Shown here one piece after another: positions 39,342-53,842 of a stretch of DNA of 64,000 nt. The DNA is from Octopus sinensis. Lineage: Eukaryota. Below the pieces are notes generated by a model, which saw only the letters and a program-made list of their open reading frames with translations, searched no databases and had not been told where the DNA came from. The stretch's first letter is position 1. The number at the start of each line of letters is the position of its first letter. Both the position numbers and the translations under genes were made by a program. Location: NCBI RefSeq assembly GCF_006345805.1, contig NC_043005.1:73532001-73596000 (forward strand), written 5' to 3'.

Positions 39342-40993
39342 TATATTTTACATACATATATAGATTTTTATATATATATATTACATATATACATACATTC
39401 ATACCTGCATATACAAGTAAATACATAAGTAGGTAGCAAAATGATACAGAAATAATCACATATATATATGTATGTATGTAAAATCGCAGGTACATATATG
39501 CACATACATGCCCACACATATATGTTTATATGTATGTAGCTATGAATATATATACGCATTGGTGATGTAATTAAGCATGCAGAATCTTAAAAGCAAATGG
39601 TGAACATATACTGAGGTATTAAAAAAAAGCCAGACGTCATATTTACGTGTATGTTATCGTGCGTATGTATGTATGTGTGTGTGTGTGTGTGTGTGTGAGT
39701 TCGTGCGTGTCTTGCTCTTAATGTAAGCCCTTTACTAGAATAATTGCACTATAGGAGAAATTAAAGAACTTGCTTCAGAAATATGAAGAATAAGTATTAA
39801 TCTTGCAAGGAGAGTTCAATCTTGTTGAGGAATAATGAACAGATATATAAAAAAAATAAATAACTAGATCGTTCCATTAAACCTACATCATCCTCTGCTG
39901 TCGTTTAATCTTATCTACTTAGGAATTAAGATTTATTACATTTCCATTTTCCTACAAAAGTATTGTGCTTATTGTAAAATATAGTAGAGAACGAAGTTAT
40001 TTGGCATATTGATATGTAACATATTCGATCTGTATTATTTGATTATTGCTACTAAGACACACTATATTCCAGATCCTTGAGCACAGACATACTAACCGTG
40101 GCCTTCCTGTTTTTTCATATTATTTTATTTCAGAGAATGTAATTGAACGGTATGATCCGGAAGGAATTTAGTTATTATATATATATTTATTCATATGGCT
40201 GTTGTTTATTCGAGCGACAACGTAGATGTTTAATTTCTTCCTGTAACGTATTTGTAATTTATAGTTTTGTATTAAAGGGCAGTGGTTGCCGTTTCATGCA
40301 TGACTTGAAGCATAATCTTCTGAGCTGTTTGTATAATTTCCCTAATCCGTAGTAGTATCAGTCTGTTTGACAAACAGTGCATAACATGGGTTTTGTAGCC
40401 AAATTGTTCGTCCCCTTCTTCAAACATAATATACATTCGGTGACAATAACAGCATGTAAATATCGTGGTCAGGTTATCAAAACTTGTATAACTCACACTA
40501 CGGCACAGTATCCAAGGTTACAACACGTCCTAATTTTCTGAAATTTCTAAATTATTGTATTTCGTTTTTGGATTTGGTTTGCAAGATTCTTTAAATGAGT
40601 TCGTGTGTTAAAGCATATTCTGTTGTGTCTGGGGAGATTCATTCTTTTTTGTGCTTTATTATTTAACACACTCACCGGTAAAATCTTCACTTATTTCTTA
40701 TTTTTATTTTCTAAAATTTTCGTTGCGTCTTGCAACCTTTTCAATAGTCTTGACTCTAAATTATTGTATTTTCCATTTATTTTCCATGTTATCGTCGACT
40801 TAATGAGATTTCAAGAGAATATCAGTTGCTTTATGAGAAAAGGTTCCTAGCTTGCATTCAACTCATCTCCTATGTTATGCACTGCTTGTCAAACAATATT
40901 CGATGCTACTTGTCACCCACGACCATTCTGAAAGCGGAAGGTAGCTGATTCCAGGATAGAACCATACATTTCGTTAATATATCTTCATTTAAT

Positions 40994-41426
40994 CTTTTAC
41001 TCTTTTACTTGTTTCAGTCATTTCACTGCGGCCATGCTGGAGCACCGCCTTTAGTCGAATAAATCGACCGTAGGACTTATTCTTTTGGAATCCTAGTACT
41101 TATTCTATCGGTTTCTTTTGCCGAAGCGTTAAATTACGGGGACGTAAACACACCACCATCGGTTGTCAAGCGATGTTGTGGGACAAACACAGACACACAA
41201 ACATATACACACACATACATATATGTATATATATATATATGTATATATATATATAAATATATACGACGGGCTTCTTTCAGTTTCCGTCTACCAAATCCAC
41301 TCAAAAAGCTTTAGTTGGCCCAAAGCTATAGTAGAAGACACTTGCCCAAGGTGCCATGCAGTGGGACTGAAACAGGAACTACGTGGCTGGTAAGCAAGCT
41401 ACTTACCACACAGCCACTCCTGCGCC
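40994..41426 (-). mobile_element. SINE family A, full length
   Basis: Reverse complement of the 20474 copy. Confidence 0.92.
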
Positions 41427-41620
41427 TATTTGCAAAACCCAAGATGATGAAAAAAGTAAGCGTGATCTTATTTGAATTTGGGGGTTAGAGAATCGGAATA
41501 AATCTCAAGCGGAAGTATCTCAACATACAAGCAACTCTACCAAGTCGATGAAACAATTCTTTTGCACACTTTATGAAAGTTTATTTCGTCCCTCTAGCAT
41601 TGTGTACACATATATATATA

Positions 41621-42035
41621 CTAGCAGTATCACCCGGAGTTGCTCGGGATTGTTTCGGCCCTTTAGAACTGGAATTTTTGAACAGTAAAAGTTTTGAATT
41701 CTGTAGCTTGTTATTCTCTTTAAGTGAACATTGCTCTTGTTGAAATACACCGAAAAATGGCGACACAGCAGTTAAAAATCGTAAAAAATAGTGATTTTCA
41801 TAGAAAAAAAGCACCTTTTTGATATAAATAATTTTTGGTGTTAACATGGTCCGATTTGAATTTCTTTTGTACCGAACGAAGAGCAAGCCTTCTTCTATCA
41901 TACTCTCAATTTTGATCAACTTGCGCCGCAGGGTCTCGGAAGAGATAGTGTTAGGTGAAGACTACCAAACCTGCCATACACAGACAGCTTCAGCTTTATA
42001 TATATATATATATATATAATATTATATATATTAGA
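41621..42035 (-). mobile_element. Non-autonomous Helitron (415 bp)
   Basis: On the minus strand it starts A|TC with (TA)n and ends with hairpin CCCGAGCAACTCCGGG followed by TGATACTG-CTAG|T. Confidence 0.8.
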
Positions 42036-42243
42036 TATATATCGTATTTCAGTTAATTTAGATGGTGGTAAATAAATATCCAGTTTAAGATTGAAATAAT
42101 ATATCCTAGTATATATATATTGTTCGCAGAAATTTGTATCATTGAGGTTTTGCATGGCTTTAGATAACTGAAATATTAGCATCTTCATCTATTGCAAGAA
42201 AGGAAAAAAATGTCGCACTTGTATGGGAGTATACACTTATACC

Positions 42244-42632
42244 CTTTTACTCTTTTACTTTTTACACCGCATTTTGTCGAGGAAATCTAGTCCAGGACTT
42301 ACTTTTTGTAAGCCTAGTACTTATTCTATCGGTGTCTTTTGCCGAACCGCTATATTACGGGGGACGTAAACACACCAGCATCGGTTGTCAAGGGATGTTG
42401 GGCGGGTGGGGGTGGACAAACACAGACACACAACACACACATATATATATATATGTACATATGCATACATACGACGGGATTCTTTCAGTTTCTGTCTACC
42501 AAATCTACTCACCAAATCTACTTGGTCGGCCCGAGCCTATAGTAGAAGACAGTTGCCCAAGGTGCCACGCAGTGGGACGGAACCCGGAACCATGTGGTTG
42601 GTAAGCGAGCTATTTACCACACAGCCACTCCT
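42244..42632 (-). mobile_element. SINE family A
   Basis: Reverse complement of the 20474 copy, with a deletion in the 3' stem region. Confidence 0.88.
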
Positions 42633-43003
42633 TACTGCGTAACCGCCGTTTCCCGGAATTGATACCACTACGTGACTGTTCAGATTACAACCGTTCACGT
42701 GACGTCGAATATACCACTCTACATATGAAATGTGTATGTAATAGATTTGATACAATAAAGGAAAACTTTGTAGCGTTGTGTTTCATCATAACTGCAGAGC
42801 AACGAGTGGAACAGGTATAAAAGAATAAAAGAATGCAGATATTACAAGAATGGTACGACACATTGAACATTAATCAGCTAGTGATAGAATTTATCGATGA
42901 CTTCGGAAATCAGATACGTAATACATGATATAAAGCCTAACGGAAATTAAATTTACAGAAAGGCCATACTCTGTTATTTTGATTCAAGAGAGACAGAAAA
43001 ACG

Positions 43004-43340
<337 letters not shown>

Positions 43341-43691
43341 ACAGACAGATATACATATGTATACCTGTTTCTATGTAAATATACATGTGTGTGTGTGTGT
43401 CTGTGTATTAGTGAAAGATGCAAAATCCTCTGGTTGTATGCTTCCATTTTTTCGATTACCTGCCAATTGCAATGGTTAATATTGGATATAGTAAATATTA
43501 AATTGAATTTCTGGCGTAAATGCTATTTGAAACATATGAAACATGTGGATAGCATTGTAAAATATGCGGAGGAATGGTACAGAATTTCACTTAGATGGAT
43601 GTCAAGCACCTAACACCAAATATATATGTGTGCATGTATGTATATATACACATATATATATATATATTGTATATGTGTGTATATATGTGTA

Positions 43692-43726
<35 letters not shown>

Positions 43727-44094
43727 GTATATATATATATATAATACATACAAACGTATAATATGTTATTGAATAAGTTACTCCCGTTCGTAAGCAGCAC
43801 AAATACCGAAGCACACACACACCTACGCACAAGCGCATGTTTCCGCGTGTGTGTGTTGGGGGTGTACCTGTGTGTATGCTTGTATATGAGAAATAGTGAT
43901 ACAGATATCATATTTTTAACTGGCTTTTCTGCCAGCTCAGAGAATTGAGTGCTTATAGAAACTGGAATATTAAACCAAGAAACATCTTTCCACTTGTCTT
44001 TGTAGACAATCAGAAGTTGCTTGGCCAAGTTCTAGCCTCAACAGAATCTGTTTGGATTTCATTCCTCAGTTTACGGGTATTCAAACGAATGAAT

Positions 44095-44491
44095 GTCTGA
44101 TAAGGGTACACAAGACACATGTTTCACAACCATATGTGAGACATGGTGATCTCATATCAAGATAAACAGCACATGACCTTGTAGGTGGGCCCCGTTGGAA
44201 TTTTCTTCAGGTTGAGTAGCCCATCCTGCTCGAGATGTCCCTGAATAAGGGTTGTTTAAGGATGTTGAGCAAAACACCCATGTTTCCAGAGGTGAAATAT
44301 TCAAACTCCAAAGAATCCGTCTCAACACATAGCTATGATGCTCCCCCACTACTTCTGCTCGTGATCAGAGATGCACATATCGCCAGCCATTAATGGACAG
44401 GATCAACTGGTTAAGGTCAAGCAATTGACAAGCAAATCTGTGGTATTGAGCAGAATATTTGCTGTAGCCCATTTTTATACAAAGACAAAAC
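44095..44491. mobile_element. Family D, partial
   Basis: Aligns with about 28350-28735 and is followed by (TTA)/(TTG)/(GAA)n. Confidence 0.85.
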
Positions 44492-45223
44492 GTTATTATT
44501 ATTATTGTTGTTGTTGTTGTTGTTGTGTGAAGAAGAAGAAGAAGAAGAAGAAGAAGAAGAAGAAGAAGGAGGAGGAGGAGGAGGAGGAGAAGAAGAAGAA
44601 GAAGAAGAAGAAGAAAAAGAAGTTATGCATTTTAGGCAATGGATCAATTGATGAAATGTATCCCAGTATTTGAGTGTATTAGTCCTATCGACCAAGGGAT
44701 TGGTCAGAGAACTGCAAAATGAAAATAGGATAGTCTTTGTTACAATAGAAATACCTTGAGCAATGCCAGACAACAAGTGTTTAAGTTAATGAAAAGAATG
44801 GTGTCGAGGAGAGAGAGAGCTGCTGAAAAAAACTGGCATCTGTTATATTAGAATCTGTTAAAATCTTTAGCATTTGGTGAGTTTTGCTGACACAACGCGT
44901 TAAAATCTGACCTACGAAACACGATCAACAGGAAATGTTTTGCTACAACATCGACACAATGTCACAAATTTAGGAATAGATAAAAAGAGAAAAAAAGAGT
45001 GAGTGTGAGAGAAATCGAACTAAAATTCTTGATTTGTATACTATTTTATCGATCTAACAAAGCTGACTAGCTGTTATGAAACAGGCAGTAGGTGAACTTA
45101 GAATGAACTTGATTTAATGGTGCAAGTCAGCTTCTTATCGCGTTCTAGTTTTTTTTTTTAAAAAAACAAACATTATACTTTGTATTCCATATGCTTTATT
45201 TTGCAAAAATATTATATGCGACT

Positions 45224-45955
45224 AAGGCGGTGAGCTAGCAGAAACGTTATCACGCCGGGCGAAATGCTTAGCGGTATTTCGTCTGCGTTACGTTGTGACT
45301 TCAAATTCCGCCGAGGTCGACTTTGCCTTTCATCCTTTCGGGGTCGATAAATTAAGTACGAGTTACGCATTGGGGTCGATGTAATCGACTTAATACCTAT
45401 GTCTGTCCTTGTTTGTCCCCTCTGTGTTTAGCCCCTTGTGGGTAATAAAGAAATAGGTATTTCGTCTGACGTTACGTTCTAAGTTCAAATTCCGCCGAGG
45501 TCGACTTTGCCTTTCATCCTTTCGGGGTCGATTAAATAAGTACGAGTTACACACTGGAGTCGATATAATCGACTTAATCCGTTTGTCTGTCCTTGTTTGT
45601 CCTCTCTGTGTTTAGCCCCTTGTGGGTAGTAAAGAAATAGGTATTTCGTCTGCCGTTACGTTCTAAGTTCAAATTCCGCCGAGGTCGACTTCGCCTTTCA
45701 TCCTTTCGAGGTCGATTAAATAAGTATCAGTTACGCACTGGGGTCGATGTAATCGACTTAATCCGTTTATCCGTCCTTGTTTTCCCCTCTGTGTTTAGCA
45801 CCTTGTGGGTAGTAAAGAAATAGGTATTTCGTCTGTCCTTATGTTCTGAGTTCAATTTCCACCGAGGTCGACTTTGCCTTTCATCTTTTGAGTACGATAA
45901 ATTAAGTCCTGGAATCGATATAATTGACTGGTCCCTCCCCCAAAATCCCGTACGT
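45224..45955 (+). mobile_element. SINE family C with 4 tandem body units of about 184 bp
   Basis: One head at 45224. Units start with GTATTTCGTCTG at 45274, 45457, 45641 and 45824. Confidence 0.92.
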
Positions 45956-45959
45956 CATA

Positions 45960-46470
45960 AATGCTCTGAAACATTGTGTTACCTGATGTTAAACATTGTG
46001 ATTTGTGTGTATTCTCTCTGGAATGAAAAACCTGAAATTTTATTATATTGGATTCCATCTTCCCATCAGTAAATGAGGTTCAGCTCGTTTGGGATTGTGA
46101 CGGTATCTTATGAAGTTTGGACAGCCATCGATATTTTTTGAAGCATCGCCGTAACTCTTTAGGTTGGCCGAGTGAATGTGTGACACTATAATTGATAGAG
46201 TGACGGTAAATAACAGTGGTCCTGGCACCATGCCATGAGGAATTATCACTTATTACAGGTTACTTAGCAGAGAGAAAACAATTTTCAGCAACAGATTGAC
46301 TCCTTCACCAAGGAAGTTAAAGAATCATTCTCCAAGTTTTATCAATTTTCGCTCCATTTTGACAGATGATTCCATGATCAGACTTGTCAAACGTCTTCGC
46401 AAAATCAATGCACACGCAGTCAGTGTCCTTTCCTCTCAAGACATTATTGAGGATAGTATAATGGTACTGT
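45960..46470 (-). mobile_element. Old CR1-group RT fragment
   Basis: Minus-strand frames give CIDFAKTFDKSDHG, IPHGMVPGPLLF, KSYGDA and KMESNIIKFQV. Confidence 0.7.
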
Positions 46471-46612
46471 GATAGTAGTGACAGGCAACTTCATCCAGTC
46501 CGAAAATGATACTACGTATTGTGTAAGAGGTTGCTTTCCTTAATTTGCGCAATTATTTTCCGGACAATGCATTCGATAATTTTGGATGTGCAACATGTGA
46601 GAGAAAGAAATA

Positions 46613-46845
46613 CGACGGCGAGTTGGCAGAAACGTTAGCACGCCGGGTGAAATGCTTAGTGGCATTTCGTCTGTCGTTACGTTGTGAGTTCAAATTCCGC
46701 CGAGGTCGACTTTGCCTTTCATCCTTTCGGGGTCGATAAATTAAGTACCAGTTACGGACTGGGGTCGATATAATCGACTTAATCCGTTTGTATGTCCTTG
46801 TTTGCCCCCTCTATGTTTAGTCTCTTGTGGGTAGTAAAGAAATAT
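46613..46845 (+). mobile_element. SINE family C (one unit)
   Basis: Head plus one body unit ending GTAGTAAAGAAATA. Confidence 0.9.
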
Positions 46846-46998
46846 AGAAAGGAACGTGTAACTTTTAGCTTCAGCTCTGCTACTACCTTTGTGTTTCATA
46901 TTGCTGTCTTACAAGTATAGAACTCGCTGACAGTATTTCTTAGTGTGTGTGTGTGTGTATGTGTGTGTGTAACCGTCTTTAAGTATATGTAATGAAGT

Positions 46999-47379
46999 GG
47001 AGGCGCAATGGCCCAGTGGTTAGGGCAACGGACTCGCGGTCGTAGGATCGGGGTTTCGATTCCCAGACCGGGCGTTGTGAGTGTTTATTGAGCGAAAACA
47101 CCTAAAGCTCCACGAGGCTCCGGCAGAGGATGGTGGTGATCCCTGCTGTACTCTTTCGCCACAACTTTCTCTCACTCTTACTTCCTGTTTCTGTTGTACC
47201 TGTATTTCAAAGGGCCGGCCTTGTCACTCTCTGTGTCACGCTGAATATCCCCGAGAACTACGATAAGGCTACACGTGTCTGTGGAGTGCTCAGCCACTTA
47301 CACGTTAATTTCACGAGCAGGCTGTTCCGTTGATCGGATCAACCGGAACCCTCGTCGTCGTAACCGACGGAGTGCTTCC
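46999..47379 (+). mobile_element. tRNA-derived SINE (head H1, tail Tc), full length
   Basis: GGAGGCGCAATGGCCCAGTGG...CGTCGTAACCGACGGAGTGCTTCC. Confidence 0.92.
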
Positions 47380-48144
47380 TTATATGTAATGAATAGCCAG
47401 TGGATTGGTACATCGACAAAATGCTTATTGACCGTTGTCCAACGCTTTACTTACTGTGTTCAAATCTCACCATGCTAAAAAAATAAATGTACCTTTTATC
47501 TTTTCCAAACTCGATAAAACAGAGTATCAGTTAACTATTGATTGGCAATAATATGGGACTGACACCGCTCAACTCAAAATTGCTGGACTTGTATTTGAAT
47601 TATAAAATTATAAACCATTATTCGCCCAGCTGTCGACGTGTAACGAAATAGTTTTACTCTTCATCAAGGAGGGAGGCGCAAAAGTCACTTTGTTATTTAA
47701 AACTTACGTAACATTTTAATAGAATGACAATAGAACATTTGGTTTTGTTATATCTATTTGAGAACTTGGAATGTACTTTTAACTAATTATTGAATATAAA
47801 ATCCCATACATAACTTCCATTCCCAATCATAAAGATTCGATCATTTCCATTACGGTTAGTAATGTATCTGGCTCCAGTATTCTAAATTCTTGCCGAATAT
47901 TGTTCTTCCGTTTCTGAAGTGTTTGGACTCAAAATAATTTCGTCTAAATGGATAATGCATTTATTTTTCAATTGAAGAAGTTATTTAAGTGTTAAAATGG
48001 CATGTGTCGGTTCCAAAAACTTACGTTATTACAATATAATGTTATGTTTAAATGGCTTACATGGTACATTGAATGAATGCGCTTCGGTTCAACGCGTGAA
48101 TGCAGATCAAGTCATTTAATATATACATATATAGATATATATAT

Positions 48145-48233
<89 letters not shown>

Positions 48234-48363
48234 CATATGTATATATACATATATGTATGTCATTATTCAGTTTATTTCAAGATTTTTGTCAATAGAGAAA
48301 GAACCGGTTTCTAAGGCTCCTTCATTGAAATTTCAACTTCAACAGGGTATTTTTGTATCTATG

Positions 48364-48397
<34 letters not shown>

Positions 48398-48411
48398 TGT
48401 ATGTATGTATG

Positions 48412-48439
<28 letters not shown>

Positions 48440-48445
<6 letters not shown>

Positions 48446-49110
48446 TGTGCAGATTTGTATGTTTTATGTATGTATACACATGCATATATAGTTGCATATC
48501 TAGACATGCTCATATATATTTATCTGATAAACTTCTGGAAACTGAGATTTTTTTCAGTTCTGTGATAAATTAGATCTGTAGTCCACGAATAAACTTTCTC
48601 CTTTCTGGTTTTGAGAAGCCCAATTTCTCAAGATTGGTATTTAGGCAATCTGTTACATATTCCAGGGCCCAGTAATTACAAGTATAAATCTGAACTTGTA
48701 ATCTTCATAGTAACTGGAGATTTCTCAATAGTTTAGTAATGGTCTTCCCTTTTTCATTTATCTTCAGCTTTATGTTCACATCAATTAGGAAGCTAATTTC
48801 CACAGCTGTGCACAGTTTCTCTTCTCTATCCCAAATCATTGAGGTCTCCACTGAGGCATTCCACCAGTATTCCTTTAAATTATGAGTGGCTATGGCTTCT
48901 ACCATATTGTGGGTTCTTATTTCTTTGCTTTCGGGATTATCCTTCCGATGGATTTCATTATAAACTGTCCTAGCTACAACGTTATGTCTCATCGGTAGAT
49001 AATACCATGATGACATTTTCGAACAACTGCTTATGATGTGGGTAATATCTTCAGTGTGAACTCCAGTGTGAACTCCACAAACTCTGCATCGGTTGTCACA
49101 TTTCAATGCT
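48440..49110 (-). mobile_element. R4/Dong-like LINE 3' remnant (CCHC knuckle and restriction-like endonuclease)
   Basis: CRVCG...EDITHIISSC...RHNVVA...IWDREEKLC.AVEIS, continuing DYKFRF...EKLGFSKPE. The 3' UTR runs into (CATA)n. Confidence 0.8.
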
Positions 49111-49125
49111 TTCCCTGCATCATAG

Positions 49126-49169
<44 letters not shown>

Positions 49170-49504
49170 TGTGTAGTGAGAATTTTAAAAAAATCCAAAG
49201 ACGAAGCAAGTGTGTAAACAACAATCGGATGTTATATATATATATATATAATATATATATATATACTTGTTCCACCTTGTTTCGCATTTATGTGTTTACT
49301 CCGGTATATATATATATATTTATATTAATCCCAACAGATAGCTTACAGCACTTTGATAAATCCCAGACTTGGTTAACCACACCGAATGATAGGAAACATT
49401 TAATATCGCTTAGAATAAATAATTGAACTGTACTCCCTTTGCATAGTAAATTCTGAGTTCACTTCATTGGATTTTGTATAGAGTGCATCTTGTATTCTCA
49501 ACGC

Positions 49505-49720
49505 ATAATAATCCTTTCTAATATTGGCACACGGCTTGAAGTTTTGAGGGAAAGGTATAGTCTATTATATCGACCTTAGTACTGGACTACTACTTATTTT
49601 ATCGACCTCGAAAGAGAATGAAAATCAAAAGTCGACCTCGGCAAAATTTCAACTCAAAACGGACGAAATGTTGCTAAACATTTTGCCCGGAGGGTAAACG
49701 ATTCTGCCAGCTCGCCGTCT
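49505..49720 (-). mobile_element. SINE family C
   Basis: TTATCGACCTCGAAAG...AAAGTCGACCTCGGC...TTCTGCCAGCTCGCC. Confidence 0.8.
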
Positions 49721-50210
49721 TATTTATCAACACATGATAATGAAGAAAGAGTGAATTAGATATATGTAAACTTTATTTATTATTTTTAAAAAAGCATTCT
49801 CTTCATATTAGGTACCGATATGTGCTTCAGTTGAATAAGCGTCTTATTCAGTTAATAAGCTTAAATAAAACCAGAACTATCGCCATATCATATCTCCCAA
49901 TTCTTTATACTCCTCACCAAAAGGATATTTTAAGAACTTATATTTAATATCAAAATCTTTAGTTCGCTTCACTCCACCTTCTCATGGGAAACGCTTTGAA
50001 TAAAGTTGCATAGGATTATCAACCCATGTGTTTGAACGTGTTCTGTACTTGACTTAATATAAATCGACTAAATGCAGAAAGCTCTCATATCAAAGGTCTC
50101 TAAGACACGTATCGGTAGAAACACGTATCGGAATACGATATAGAGAAAAAAGTTTTTTAATAAACGAATTTTAAAAATGTATATCTCTCTATTGTTCATT
50201 AAAGACAGAC

Positions 50211-50315
<105 letters not shown>

Positions 50316-51319
50316 TAGTGTGAGAGAGACTTTAAACAAAGTCAGGAGGTATGAAATTAATATAATTATTTCAACTATTGATATCCATAGGATGATGCCC
50401 GTTTTGCAGCCATTTTCGTGCAGGCATAACTTACTTTAATGTATAATAAATTATATGTCTGCACTAGTGCGTATGCTGTAGATTGCGTGTTAATATTGTA
50501 GTTATATATATGTAGAAAAAGAAAGACGTATAGAATCTCCTATCCGTAATTCTAATTCTTACATTGAACACCAATGCAGATATAGAAGGCTAGCTCACCA
50601 GATCAACAGACCATTATGGTTACATCAATTTTTCAACTCCTGTATATGCATACAAAAAAGTTGACTCACAATATTCATGTATGGAAAGCAATAATTTATT
50701 GTCTTTATTCATTGTTTTATTTTCAATATGACGAACATAGCAATAGAACAGGAGGTATATTTTTAATTCCATGTTACACGTGTTACATGTATATAATTAC
50801 ATATCTCTAATTCTTCAAACACAGATTTTATTTTCTATAATCTTTGAGGATTTACAGACAGGAGTTTCTGTAGGTTTTTTTCTGCTTGTATAACTTTATA
50901 ACACATATCTTGTAATGAAACGCATGAAACATAGGGAAAAATATGTATCAATTATATACGATATATGTTTGTATGTATATATATATATAAATATATATAT
51001 ATATACATAGAGAGAGACAGACAGACAGCGAGTGAGTGAGTGAGTAAATGAGAGACAGACAGAGTATGTATGTATCGAATAATGCATGCATAGTTACAGG
51101 TTTGCATAAAAAATCTAGATGGATAATTGACAAAATACTCGCGTCCTTGTTATAAAGCACATCATATATTATAGATATATTATATAATATATAATATATA
51201 TATATATTATATATATGGATGTATGTATAACGTATATATATATATATATATTATATAATATATATATATAATATATATATATATATAATATATATAGATA
51301 TATATAATATATATATATA

Positions 51320-51535
51320 TAGGGAGGTTTACGAAAAAAACAAAAGACGAAGACAGGTAGTGTACAAAACAAACAGATGTGTTAGTATAACACGCTCAGG
51401 GAATAGAAAAAGTCTTTTACATTTCGAGCCTACGCTCTTCTACAGAAAGGGACACAGAAAAAAAACAAGGAGAGAAACAAGCAGAGAAAAAAAAATGTGT
51501 CTAGTGGCTGACGATCTATCATGGCGACTGGTATA
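51320..51535 (-). mobile_element. Family F terminal repeat with hammerhead-like motif (51413-51450)
   Basis: Minus strand reads CTTT|CTGTAGA|A|GAGC-GTAG-GCTC|GAA|ATGT|A|AAAGA and ends at (TA)n. Confidence 0.7.
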
Positions 51536-51541
51536 CATACC

Positions 51542-51577
<36 letters not shown>

Positions 51578-51592
51578 GATGTGTGTGGATGT

Positions 51593-51657
<65 letters not shown>

Positions 51658-51830
51658 ATTATCCATATACTTGTATAAATATATGCGCTCGCTCGTATGA
51701 AAAATAAATGTATGAATTTTGCGAAAATAATCCTAATATTTACGATGAAAAGAAGTAAGTAAACAAGTGATTTCATAATTCTGAATTTGGCAATATTTCA
51801 AAATAATACCGGGAAATTTATCTTCTTGCG

Positions 51831-51862
<32 letters not shown>

Positions 51863-52322
51863 GTTCTTTTAAATAAATAAAAGATATAAAATCTGGAAAA
51901 AAAAAAGAAAACAAGACTAAATATATGATTGTACATGTATTTATTGGTGTATGATGATATTTCCTGTTGGCGATAACATATATCACGGAAGAAGCTTATT
52001 TTCGTAAGCTTGAAAATAAACTGTTGATACATAGGTGAATGCTTCTTGACCCTAGCTCATTCAAATGAGTCTATACTGAACTATATCTGCTCCCTTGCTT
52101 TGCTAATTTTGTTTCTTTCTTTCGGTCATTCTTTCCTTTTTTTCTTTCATAATTCGTGTTTTTCTTTTCTGCTTGGAATCAGGGATCAATTTCTTGCAAA
52201 CCCATACGGACAGTAAGGCTTAGAAAATATATTGTTGAAGTTGCGTGCAGTAGTAACAAAATCTCTCTTATAACTGCTGCTGTGCATTTAACAACATGTT
52301 TTTTTCCGTATAGTAACACACG

Positions 52323-52353
<31 letters not shown>

Positions 52354-52434
52354 TAACATACATATATATAATATACATTATATATATAAAACACACACAC
52401 ACCACACACACACATAATATATAATTTTTTGAAT

Positions 52435-52489
<55 letters not shown>

Positions 52490-52625
52490 TATATAAATGT
52501 ATGTATGATGTATGTAGTATGCATGTATGTATGTATGTCTGTATGTGTATAATATATGAATGTATCGTCAGTTCATTCATATATCCGAAAAAGAAGCACT
52601 AGAGCGGTAATATATTTTTAGGAGT

Positions 52626-52924
52626 GGAGGCACATGGCCTAGTAGTTAGAGCAGCGGACTCGCGGTCGAGGGATCGCGGGTTCGAATCTCAGACCTGGCG
52701 ATGTGTGTGCTTATGAGCGAAACACCTAGACTCCACGCGGCTCCGGCAGAAGGTAATGGCAAACTTTTGCTGACTCTTTCGCCACAACTTTCTCTCACGC
52801 TTTCCTCCTGCATCTTGCAGCTCACCTGCGACGGACCGGCGTCACGTCCAGGTGGGGAATCTATACGCGAAGGAAACCGGGAAACCGGCCTTATGAGCTA
52901 GGCATGGCTTGACAAGGAAGAAAC
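52626..52924 (+). mobile_element. tRNA-derived SINE (H1-variant head, tail Td)
   Basis: TGGCCTAGTAG and GGTTCGAATCTC boxes, highly similar to 58908. Confidence 0.9.
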
Positions 52925-53041
52925 ATATTTTTAGGAAGTTATTTGCTATACCCATTGACGAGTCGCCTATACGGTTAAGCGTTTAGAGGTGCGAAGCCAA
53001 TGGTCGCTTTATGACCTGACATAACATTTCACTTCCCTTAC

Positions 53042-53085
<44 letters not shown>

Positions 53086-53399
53086 TTATATACGTGAGAG
53101 AAAAGGAAAAAGAATGTCTTCACTAGTAGTTAATCAGTTAATTTAATATTTTTAATTTTTTAATGATATAAATTTTAGTTCATAGAGCTAGTAAGTTCCT
53201 TGTTAACTTGGGTGATGAGAGTTATTGCTAAAAAAATATCTTGTTAAATTCTTTGGAAGAAGTTAACGAGAATTTTTTTTTCTTTTTAATTCTTCACACC
53301 CAAATTAGCAAAGAACTTAGTAGCTCTATGAACTAACGTTTATATTATTAAAAAATTGAAAGAAAAATAAATTAAACTGATTAGAACTACTTCTGATGT

Positions 53400-53646
53400 C
53401 ATTCTTTTTCTTTTTTCAAATATCCCCAACAGTGCCAAGGATCTCATGCATTTTCAAAGGACGCCATGATAAATCGTTAGCTCCTACACGCATTTTTTTC
53501 TCTCCTTGTTTTTTATGTGTATCTTTCTGTCGAAGAGCGTAGGCTCGAAACGTAAAAGACTTTTTTATTTTCTTCCTGAGCGTTATCTAATACATTTGTT
53601 TGTTGTACTCCACCTGCCTTCGTTTGTTTATTTTCGTAAACTTTCC

Positions 53647-53650
<4 letters not shown>
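53400..53650 (+). mobile_element. Family F terminal repeat with hammerhead-like motif (53522-53559)
   Basis: TCTTT|CTGTCGA|A|GAGC-GTAG-GCTC|GAA|ACGT|A|AAAGA, ending at (TA)n. The 5' edge is approximate. Confidence 0.7.
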
Positions 53651-53682
<32 letters not shown>

Positions 53683-53842
53683 TATATATATATATATATA
53701 TTATATATATATGGAGATAAGGGCGTCAGAAGACCCAAAGGTGTCAGCTAATGCTGAGTAAGTGCTATGGATAGACCATAGTTAAGCTCCAGGTTAGGTG
53801 GTTATGCGAATAAGGAGTTCAACGTAGGTCATATATCAGCGT

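Noticed and set aside
40250-40960. Long stop-interrupted minus-strand frame suggesting a decayed ORF
   Set aside because: No identifiable motif in any frame.
42890-42920. TCGATGACTTCGGAAATCAGATA as another hammerhead
   Set aside because: Stem II would be 1 bp, and no valid stem III or NUH site is present.
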